Part shown: piece after piece, positions 8,487-15,085 of the stretch
How the letters are laid out: each line of letters starts with the position of its first letter
Numbering within the stretch: position 1 is the stretch's first letter
Source of the DNA: Clostridia bacterium
GTDB lineage: Bacteria > Bacillota > Clostridia > Saccharofermentanales > UBA5734
Assembly (NCBI GenBank): GCA_040772725.1
Contig: JAXGXR010000002.1
Coordinates: 559,217-623,216, forward strand
Reading direction: 5' to 3'
Length of the DNA stretch: 64,000 bases
Position numbers and translations under genes: made by a program
The notes under the pieces: model-generated
What the model saw: only the letters and a program-made list of their open reading frames with translations
Databases searched by the model: none
Told to the model about the DNA's origin: nothing

Positions 8487-8966
8487 ATGCAGGAAGAAGT
8501 GGAAAACAGGACCGTTGCCCTGGCTGTCAGTACCACCCGAATGACCGGTCGTGTTCTGAAGGCCGCACTCATCAAGCTCTTGGCTGAAATGAAGAAGAGC
8601 CGGGACAGTCCGCCACAGATCCCCCACGGCAAGCAGACCGTAAAAGAGCTCATCGGTCAGAATGCCGGAGTCTCCAACATTGAGATTACGGACAAGAACA
8701 TCAAGTCCTTTGAGCAGGTCGCCAGAAAATACGGCGTAGACTATGCCCTCAAGAAGGATACCGCCGGGGAGAAGCCTAAATATCTGGTCTTCTTCAAGGC
8801 CCGGGACGCCGATGCCCTCACCGCAGCCTTCACAGAATATACGGCGAAGGTCCTCAAAAAGGACAAGCAGCCTTCCATCCTGGAACAGCTTGCCAAATTT
8901 AAGGCTCTGGTTCAGACCAAGGTCATGGACCGGGTGAAAAACAAAGACAAGGAGCTGACGCGATGA
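8487..8966 (+). CDS. PcfB-family (DUF3801) conjugation protein
   Basis: Contains VALAVSTTRMTGRVLKAAL...KYGVDYALKKD...YLVFFKARDADALTAAF. RBS aaggagg is upstream. Confidence 0.75.
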   Translation: MQEEVENRTVALAVSTTRMTGRVLKAALIKLLAEMKKSRDSPPQIPHGKQTVKELIGQNAGVSNIEITDKNIKSFEQVARKYGVDYALKKDTAGEKPKYLVFFKARDADALTAAFTEYTAKVLKKDKQPSILEQLAKFKALVQTKVMDRVKNKDKELTR

Positions 8967-10738
8967 TAGGAAAAATCAAGCGGATGCTCCTTTTAAACCT
9001 TCCCTATGTTCTCATAGCGCTAGGTACGACCAAGATTGGTGAAGCCTGGCGCTTTTCTGTTGGAGTAGATATTTCTCAGAAGGTACTGCACCTGATGGAC
9101 GGCTTTGCTTTATCTTTCCAATCCCCATGGCCGAGCCTGCTCCCGCAGGACCTGATACTGGGCATTGTGATTGCTGGTGGAATTAAGCTGGCAGTCTATG
9201 TGAAAGGCAGGAACGCCAAAAGATACCGCAAAAACATCGAATACGGCTCAGCCCGCTGGGGCAGACCTGAGGACATCAAGCCCTTTATTGATCCCACCTT
9301 TCGCAATAACATCATCCTTACGGAGACGGAGCGCCTGACCATGAACAACCGCCCTAGGGACCCAAGGCTCGCACGCAACAAAAACGTCATGGTGGTGGGA
9401 GGTTCCGGATCTGGTAAGACGCGGTTTTGGCTGAAGCCAAATCTTATGCAGTGCCATTCCAGCTATGTGGTCACCGATCCCAAGGGCAGCGTCGTGGTGG
9501 AATGCGGACAGCTTCTCGTTCGGGAAGGCTATAAGATCAAGATCCTCAATACCATCAACTTCAGCAAATCCATGCACTACAACCCCTTTGCCTACATCAG
9601 GAGTGAAAAGGACATCCTCAAGCTGGTGACGGCCCTCATCGCCAACACCAAGGGTGAAGGCAAAGCTGGAGACGATTTCTGGGTGAAGGCGGAGACTCTG
9701 CTATATACCGCGCTCATGGGCTACATCCATTATGAAGCACCGGAAAGCGAGCGGAACTTCACGACCCTCATCGAGCTCATCAATGCCTCAGAAGTCCGGG
9801 AGGACGACGAGGACTTTCAGAACCCGGTGGATCTGATGTTCGCCGCTCTGGAGGAACATGACTCGGAGCATTTTGCAGTCCGGCAGTACAAGAAATACAA
9901 GCTGGCAGCCGGAAAGACCGCCAAATCCATCCTCATCAGCTGCGGGGCCCGTCTGGCATCCTTTGATATCAAAGAGCTCAGAGATCTGACGGCCTATGAC
10001 GAAATGGAACTGGATGCCCTAGGTGACCGGAAAACGGCGCTGTTCATCATCATCAGCGACACTGATGACACCTTCAACTTCCTGGTTTCCATGGCGTACA
10101 CGCAGCTCTTCAATCTGCTGTGCGACAAGGCAGATGACGTCTATGGCGGACGTCTGCCTGTGCATGTGCGCTGTCTCATTGATGAGGCGGCGAATATCGG
10201 TCAAATTCCCAAACTGGAAAAGCTCGTGGCCACCATCCGAAGCCGGGAGATCTCGGCCTGTCTGGTACTGCAGGCCCAATCCCAGCTGAAGGCTCTTTAT
10301 AAAGATCACTGCGATACCATCATCGGCAATATGGACAGCACGATCTTTCTGGGCGGCAAGGAGCGCACCACATTAAAGGAGCTTTCAGAAACCCTTGGGA
10401 AGGAGACCATCGACACCTTCAATACCGGGGAAAGCCGAGGCCGTGAAGTTTCCCACAGTCTGAACTACCAGAAACTCGGAAAGGAGCTGATGAGCATCGA
10501 CGAACTGGCCGTGCTGGACGGCGGCAAGTGCATTCTGCAGCTGCGCGGGGTACGGCCTTTTCTCTCCAACAAGTACGACATCACCAAACACCCCAACTAC
10601 AAGTACCTCTCCGATGCGGACCCGCGAAACGCCTTCAACATCGAGAAGTACCTGTCCACCCGTCTCAAGCCCAAACCGGATGAAATCTATGAGGTCTACC
10701 ACATGGATCTGTCCAACCAACCCGAAGCCGCCGAATGA
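8963..10738 (+). CDS. Type IV coupling protein (VirD4/TraG family, CD1115-type)
   Basis: Has N-terminal TM segments. Walker A is VVGGSGSGKTRF. Walker B-like is HVRCLIDEAANIG. A terminator hairpin plus T-run lies at about 10725..10750. Confidence 0.9.
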   Translation: MIGKIKRMLLLNLPYVLIALGTTKIGEAWRFSVGVDISQKVLHLMDGFALSFQSPWPSLLPQDLILGIVIAGGIKLAVYVKGRNAKRYRKNIEYGSARWGRPEDIKPFIDPTFRNNIILTETERLTMNNRPRDPRLARNKNVMVVGGSGSGKTRFWLKPNLMQCHSSYVVTDPKGSVVVECGQLLVREGYKIKILNTINFSKSMHYNPFAYIRSEKDILKLVTALIANTKGEGKAGDDFWVKAETLLYTALMGYIHYEAPESERNFTTLIELINASEVREDDEDFQNPVDLMFAALEEHDSEHFAVRQYKKYKLAAGKTAKSILISCGARLASFDIKELRDLTAYDEMELDALGDRKTALFIIISDTDDTFNFLVSMAYTQLFNLLCDKADDVYGGRLPVHVRCLIDEAANIGQIPKLEKLVATIRSREISACLVLQAQSQLKALYKDHCDTIIGNMDSTIFLGGKERTTLKELSETLGKETIDTFNTGESRGREVSHSLNYQKLGKELMSIDELAVLDGGKCILQLRGVRPFLSNKYDITKHPNYKYLSDADPRNAFNIEKYLSTRLKPKPDEIYEVYHMDLSNQPEAAE

Positions 10739-10784
10739 GCGGCTTTTTTCATCTCAAAAATCAAAAATAATTGGAGGTAATTTA

Positions 10785-11000
10785 ATGGAATTCTTTAACA
10801 GTGCAGTAGATGTACTACAGACTCTCGTCGTCGCTCTCGGTGCGGGCCTTGCCATCTGGGGCGTCATCAACCTTCTCGAAGGCTACGGTAACGATAACCC
10901 CGGTGCCAAGTCCCAGGGCATGAAGCAGCTTATGGCAGGCGGCGGTGTGGCCCTTATCGGTATCGTGCTGGTGCCGCTGCTCTCCGGTCTCTTCGGTTAA
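10785..11000 (+). CDS. Maff2-family small membrane protein
   Basis: MEFFNSAVDVLQTLVVALGAGLAIWGVINLLEGYGNDNPGAKSQGMKQLMAGGG. RBS ggagg lies 8 nt upstream. Confidence 0.75.
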   Translation: MEFFNSAVDVLQTLVVALGAGLAIWGVINLLEGYGNDNPGAKSQGMKQLMAGGGVALIGIVLVPLLSGLFG

Positions 11001-11014
11001 TCGGGTAGAACGCG

Positions 11015-11403
11015 ATGGATAGCATACTCGACAAAATCACCGAATGGCTGAAGACGATGCTTGTAGAAGGCATCATCACAAATTTGTCGGGGATGTTTGA
11101 TAACGTCAATCAGCAGGTTGGCGAAATCGCAGGTGAAGTGGGACTGACGCCGGCGGCATGGAATGCCGGCGTCTTTTCCATGATCCGCAGCCTCTCCGAA
11201 AGTGTCATCATCCCCATCGCGGGTGTGATCCTTGCCTTTGTGATGACCTACGAGCTCATCCAAATGGTCATCGACCGGAATAATCTTCATGACATCGACA
11301 CCTGGATCTTCTTCAAATGGATCTTTAAAACCTTTGTGGCCGTTCTTCTGGTCACCCATACCTTTGATATCGTCATGGGCATCTTCGATATGGCGCAGTC
11401 GGT
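11015..11403 (+). pseudogene. VirB6/TrbL-like conjugal transfer protein (CD1112-type), 3'-truncated by IS21
   Basis: The N-terminal ~130 aa (MDSILDKITEWLKTMLVEGI...TFVAVLLVTHTFDIVMGIFDMAQSVV) run straight into the IS21 left end. The ORF tail SAKLEIPEAIK is IS-encoded. Confidence 0.75.
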
Positions 11404-11594
11404 TGTGTCTGCTAAACTAGAAATACCAGAAGCGATCAAGTAAAAATCCCAGAATCGATCACTTGGAATTCCCTGGAAAAATCAAGGACTAAAAGGAGGG
11501 ACAGTTGAACAACTGTCCCCTGAATCATTATCCTTTGTTGTGAGCGCGACCACACAGCAGAGGAGGAATAGGAGAGATGCTCAACGTGTCTTAA

Positions 11595-13043
11595 GTGAAT
11601 CATATCAGGGATTTGGCCCAAAGTGGGAAATGTCCGGCACAAATCAGCCGCGAAACCGGACGGGATATCAAGACCGTCAACAAGTACCTGGAGGACAGGG
11701 ACTATTCGCCAAGGCCACTGAAGGTTATAAGGAAGCCGTCAAAGCTCGACCCCTACAAGGAGACGATTGACAAATGGCTGGAGTCGGACCAGACACGTTG
11801 GCACAAGCAGCGCCATACGGCCAAGCGCGTCTACGACCGGCTCAGGGAACGCCATCCCGAATTCGACTGCTCCTACCCGACCGTGGGGCGCTACGTGCGC
11901 GAGAAGAACGATGCCCTGAAAGCGGGCAAGGCGTTCCAGGAACTGGTCTGGCATCCCGGCGAGGCGCAGGTCGACTTTGGCGAGGCGGACTTTGTCGAGC
12001 GCCAGGCGATGGTGCGGAAGAAGTATCTGACGGTGTCGTTTCCCTACAGCAATGACAGCTTCACGCAGGTGTTCGGCGGCGAGACGGCCGAGTGCGTCTG
12101 CCAGGGACTGAAGGATATTTTTGCCTACATCGGCGGCGTACCGGGGATTTTGGTATTCGACAACGCCACCGGCGTCGGGCGACGGGTTGGGGAAATAATC
12201 CGCGAGGCGAAACTGTTCGGGCAGTTTCGGGCCCACTACGGATTTCTGCTCCGGTTCTGCAACCCGAACGCCGGCCACGAGAAGGGCAATGTGGAAAACA
12301 AGGTCGGCTTCACGCGCCGGAACCTGTTCGTGCCGCCGCTTGCCTATGACGACATCGAAGTTTTCAACCAACAACTTCTGGATCGGCATCAGGATAAGTC
12401 GGAGGAACCGCACTACAAGAAGCTCTTGCCGATCAAGGAGTTGTTCAAGGAAGACCGGCAGGCGTTAAGGCCGCTGCCGTCGCACCCGTTCAACGTCTGC
12501 CGCTACGAGACCGTCCATGCCGACAACTACGGCAAGGTCTGCCTCGACGAGCGCCACCGCTATGCCACCTGCCCCGAGTATGGCGGCAAAAAGGTCATGG
12601 TGGGGCTTCGGGCGCACACGGTCGAGATCCTAGCGGACGACCTGTCGGTCCTGACGGTCTATGACCGGATGTTCGGCGCCGAACGCACCGACACGACCGA
12701 CTACCGCACGACGCTGGCGACACTTCTCAAAAATGTCGGCGCCTGGAGAAACAGCGGCATCCGGGAAAAACTGCCGGACCCATTGCGCCAGGCGTTGGAT
12801 GCGCAGCCGAAAGAAGCGTTGCGCCAGTCGCTTCGGGCGCTCGAGCAGCTGAGCCAAACCTACGATTTTGAGACGGCGGTCGCTGCGCTCGAAGAGGGCT
12901 TGCGCCTGGACCGCACGCGGCTGTCGGACACGGCGGTGCTGGCGGCCCGGATTCGCGGCTACGGCCTGATGCGGGCGCCGGAGAAGGGCCCGGACCTTAG
13001 AGTCTATGACCGGTTGTTGAAGGGAGACGGAGCATGCTCATGA
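11595..13043 (+). CDS. istA: IS21-family transposase IstA
   Basis: The N-terminal HTH is IRDLAQSGKCPAQISRETGRDIKTVNKYL. The DDE core region includes WHPGEAQVDFGEA...LVFDNATG...GHEKGNVENKV. Confidence 0.9.
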   Translation: MNHIRDLAQSGKCPAQISRETGRDIKTVNKYLEDRDYSPRPLKVIRKPSKLDPYKETIDKWLESDQTRWHKQRHTAKRVYDRLRERHPEFDCSYPTVGRYVREKNDALKAGKAFQELVWHPGEAQVDFGEADFVERQAMVRKKYLTVSFPYSNDSFTQVFGGETAECVCQGLKDIFAYIGGVPGILVFDNATGVGRRVGEIIREAKLFGQFRAHYGFLLRFCNPNAGHEKGNVENKVGFTRRNLFVPPLAYDDIEVFNQQLLDRHQDKSEEPHYKKLLPIKELFKEDRQALRPLPSHPFNVCRYETVHADNYGKVCLDERHRYATCPEYGGKKVMVGLRAHTVEILADDLSVLTVYDRMFGAERTDTTDYRTTLATLLKNVGAWRNSGIREKLPDPLRQALDAQPKEALRQSLRALEQLSQTYDFETAVAALEEGLRLDRTRLSDTAVLAARIRGYGLMRAPEKGPDLRVYDRLLKGDGACS

Positions 13044-13843
13044 CGCAAAGGACACGTGACGATGCCCGGGGCGCCATCGCCGCCTGCTGCAAGACGCTTT
13101 ACCTCTCGAAGAACGTCCTGCGCCTGTGCGAGGACGAGGCCACCCCCAAGCAGGAGGAGTTTTTGCTCAGGGTCCTCGAGCAGGAGCTTCAGCAACGCGA
13201 AAAGAATCGGATCGCCAGGCTCCTGAACCGCGCTGGCTTTCCGACGCTCAAGGGTTTTTCCGACTACGACTTCACCAACGTGCGCTTCCCGCCGACGCTT
13301 TCCAGGGACGAGCTTTTGACGGCTGGGTTTATTTCGGAGCAGAAGAACCTGGTGCTTTACGGCCCGGTCGGCACTGGAAAAACCCACCTGGCGATCGCCC
13401 TGGGCTTGAAAGCATGCGAGATGGGGCTCCGGGTCCGCTTCTATTCGGTCACAGCCCTGGTCCTGAAGCTGGGCGAGGCCTTTAAGGACGGCACGCTGGA
13501 AAAACTCGTGCGCGACCTTCTGAACCTGGACCTGCTGATCCTCGATGAATGGGGCTATGTCCCGGTCGACAAGGAAGGCTCGCAGCTTCTGTTCCGCGTC
13601 GTCGCCGACAGCTACGAGCAGAAGAGCCTCATCCTGACCACCAACCTCGAGTTCTCCAAATGGGGTTCGATCTTTACTGATGAGCAGATGGCCGCTGCCA
13701 TGATTGACCGCCTGGTGCACCATGGCCATCTCCTGATCTTCGACGGCGAAAGCTACCGCATGAAGCATGCGCTGATGCGACAGACGCAACGGCCGCCTGC
13801 CGACAAGGGGGTGAGAATGGCTGCCTCAATGGCCGATGATTAA
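13034..13843 (+). CDS. istB: IS21-family helper ATPase IstB
   Basis: Walker A is LVLYGPVGTGKTHLAIALG. Walker B is LLILDEWGY. The gene overlaps the istA stop. Confidence 0.9.
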   Translation: MLMTQRTRDDARGAIAACCKTLYLSKNVLRLCEDEATPKQEEFLLRVLEQELQQREKNRIARLLNRAGFPTLKGFSDYDFTNVRFPPTLSRDELLTAGFISEQKNLVLYGPVGTGKTHLAIALGLKACEMGLRVRFYSVTALVLKLGEAFKDGTLEKLVRDLLNLDLLILDEWGYVPVDKEGSQLLFRVVADSYEQKSLILTTNLEFSKWGSIFTDEQMAAAMIDRLVHHGHLLIFDGESYRMKHALMRQTQRPPADKGVRMAASMADD

Positions 13844-13920
13844 AACAGGGAATTCCCAGTGATTACGAATGGGATTTTTTGTTGATCATTTATGGGAAAA
13901 GCTGTTGACAAAACACACAC

Positions 13921-14139
13921 GATCTTCGACATAGCTGCGCTAGCTTACTACTGGCAAACAACGTTCCGATGAAACAGATCCAGGACTGGTTAGGCCATAG
14001 TGATTTTTCAACGACGGCCAATATCTACGCTCACTTGGATTACAATTCAAAGCTTTCGTCGGCTCAAGCTATGATTGAAGGATTAAATTTTGTCAGTATC
14101 GGAGAAAGCAGATCGAATAATGAGTCATGTACGGATTAG
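13921..14139 (+). pseudogene. Tyrosine recombinase/integrase, C-terminal 72 codons only (5' part removed at the IS21 end)
   Basis: The frame starting at 13921 reads DLRHSCASLLLANNVPMKQIQDWLGHSDFSTTANIYAHLDY. This covers the box II R-H...H..Y catalytic region. It begins exactly at the IS21 right end and its stop is at 14137..14139. Confidence 0.8.
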
Positions 14140-14174
14140 AATAGTAAAAAAACAAGTCTTTCCTGCACACAAGC

Positions 14175-14219
14175 AGAAAAAAGCGGTTCCCCTCAAACTG
14201 AGGAAAACCGCGGGTTTTC
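14175..14219. terminator. Bidirectional hairpin terminator (integrase stub / element tRNA-Ser)
   Basis: Stem GCGGTT..CCTC / GAGG..AACCGC (14183..14211). It is flanked by an A-run on the left and a T-run on the right. Confidence 0.6.
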
Positions 14220-14313
14220 TGGCGGAGAAGGAGGGATTTGAACCCTCGCGACGGCTCTAAACCGTCCTACTGCATTTCGAGTGCAGACCCTTCAGCCACT
14301 TGGGTACTTCTCC
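14220..14313 (-). tRNA. tRNA-Ser (anticodon CGA), complete, element-borne
   Basis: rc = GGAGAAGTACCCAAGTGGCTGAAGGGTCTGCA CTCGAAA TGCAG..variable arm..GAGGGTTCAAATCCCTC CTTCTCC GCCA. The acceptor stem GGAGAAG/CTTCTCC pairs. The anticodon stem CTGCA/TGCAG pairs. The loop CU-CGA-AA gives anticodon CGA. Length is 94 nt. Confidence 0.9.
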
Positions 14314-14358
14314 GTGTTATATCTCCAAACATCAGGTCTCATATATCCCTCAGAAAAA

Positions 14359-14571
14359 GGAGAGAACTGATGGAGAGAACTTGGGGTATTAAGTTGTCAA
14401 GGCGACTCAGCAAAGCGAGTCATATCAATGGTTTGAAGTTTTAGGCTTCCAGATATCTCATTCGGTTTCGAGTGCAGACCCTTCAGCCACTTGGGTACTT
14501 CTCCGTGTAATATTTCCAAACATCAGGTCTCAGAAACTCTTCGGAAAAAGTAGAGAACTGATGTAGAGAAC
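14359..14571 (+). promoter_or_regulatory. Candidate integrase arm-type sites in the right-end units
   Basis: GGAGAGAAC at 14359 and 14372. GTAGAGAAC at 14550 and 14563. Each pair is spaced 13 bp and has the same orientation as the left-arm copies. Confidence 0.4.
14473..14504 (-). pseudogene. Orphan 5' half of an element-type tRNA-Ser(CGA)
   Basis: Identical to the 5' 32 nt of the intact tRNA at 14220..14313. After the TTTCGAG core it is followed by non-tRNA arm sequence. Confidence 0.8.
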
Positions 14572-14663
14572 GTAGGGTATTCAGTTTTCAAGGCGACTCG
14601 GCAAAGCAAGTCAGATCAGTAGATCGGTGTTCACGGCTTCCCAAACTCTTGTTCGCTTTCGAG

Positions 14664-14695
14664 TGCGGTGCCTTCGGCCACTCAGCCATCTCTCC
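14664..14695 (-). pseudogene. 5' half of the split host tRNA-Ser(CGA)
   Basis: rc = GGAGAGATGGCTGAGTGGCCGAAGGCACCGCA. Its acceptor and anticodon-stem strands complement the 3' segment at 37..94. Confidence 0.85.
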
Positions 14696-14750
14696 AATTG
14701 TCGGATTTGAATGCTAAAACCGCGAAAATCCTGCCGTTGAAAGCCTCTCG

Positions 14751-14779
14751 ATTATAAAATAGGCGGTTGGCCACGTCAA
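14751..14779 (-). promoter_or_regulatory. Consensus sigma-70-type promoter of the (now split) host tRNA-Ser
   Basis: The minus strand reads TTGACG-N17-TATAAT (rc of 14774..14779 and 14751..14756). The -10 element lies ~55 nt upstream of the tRNA 5' end at 14695. Confidence 0.7.
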
Positions 14780-14786
14780 GGGCGCG

Positions 14787-14997
14787 GTGGACACTTGGCG
14801 GTGCCAGACGGGATTTCGGAACCAGCGCGGTGTCGCTACTGGGAGCACTACAGCCACAGCGGTTATCAGTTGAGCTCGTGAATTGGTACCGAAACAGCAA
14901 CTGGCACCAACCCGGTACTCGACGGAATTTACAAGCAGCGGGATACTCACCACGAGGCTAGGCAGCCGCCTCACCCCGGAACTAACTAAGTGTCCAC
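14787..14997. ncRNA. Candidate structured RNA (class and strand unknown)
   Basis: Nested perfect complementarity. GTGGACACTT (14787..14796) pairs with AAGTGTCCAC (14988..14997). GGTGCCAG (14800..14807) pairs with CTGGCACC (14901..14908). No convincing ORF. The region lies between the stop of the 15086 gene and the tRNA promoter. Confidence 0.3.
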
Positions 14998-15085
14998 TTA
15001 ATGGAATTCATCTTGCTTCGGGGCGAAGCCACTTGCAAAGTCTTCATCATCGGCACAACCCACTTCGCCTTGCGCTCGTAGCAGG

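Larger units (their letters stand above)
11404..13919 (+). mobile_element. IS21-family insertion sequence (istA + istB), no target-site duplication
   Basis: The ends are TGTGT...ACACA. The imperfect ~70-bp terminal inverted repeats share GATCAA, AAAAATCCCA and ATCACT.GGAATTCCCTG blocks. The flanks CAGTCGGT and CGATCTTC differ. G+C resembles the host core rather than the ICE. Boundaries are +/-3 bp. Confidence 0.8.
88..14663. mobile_element. Decayed integrative conjugative element (possibly a collapsed tandem of two related ICEs) inserted in tRNA-Ser(CGA)
   Basis: Bounded by TTTCGAG cores at 88..94 and 14657..14663, which abut the two halves of one tRNA. Visibly lower G+C than the flanks. Gene content is ParA/ParB/Rep, DUF3846, PcfB, VirD4-type T4CP, Maff2, VirB6-like and a tyrosine integrase remnant next to the right end. 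Confidence 0.8.
14282..14663. repeat. 2 x 191-bp tandem unit (tRNA 5' half + 152-nt arm + TTTCGAG core)
   Basis: TTTCGAG occurs at 14275, 14466 and 14657, an exact 191-bp period. The 32-nt 5' halves at 14282..14313 and 14473..14504 are identical. The arms are homologous but diverged. Confidence 0.85.

Noticed and set aside
11540-11770. 76-aa ORF at the start of IS21 and several ORFs antisense to istA and istB (for example 11739..12413 and 13004..13789).
   Set aside because: They overlap the well-supported istA and istB frames. IstA begins with its typical HTH at 11595. The others are high-G+C shadow ORFs.
14238-14444. 68-aa ORF and neighbouring small ORFs (14682..14974) across the tRNA and repeat region.
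   Set aside because: They overlap the tRNA-Ser gene, the 191-bp att units or the promoter. They have no RBS and no recognisable product.
14787-14997. I tried to identify the structured region as a T-box (GGTACCG resembles the T-box core), SRP RNA, RNase P RNA, tmRNA, 6S RNA or a retron msr/msd.
   Set aside because: The hallmark sequences are absent. There is no AGGGUGGUACCGCG T-box or downstream aaRS gene, no GUCAGGUCCGGAAGGAAGCAGC, no GAGGAAAGUCC, and no tRNA-like 3' end. The structure is not rod-like with a central bubble, and no reverse transcriptase lies nearby. I keep it only as an unclassified candidate.
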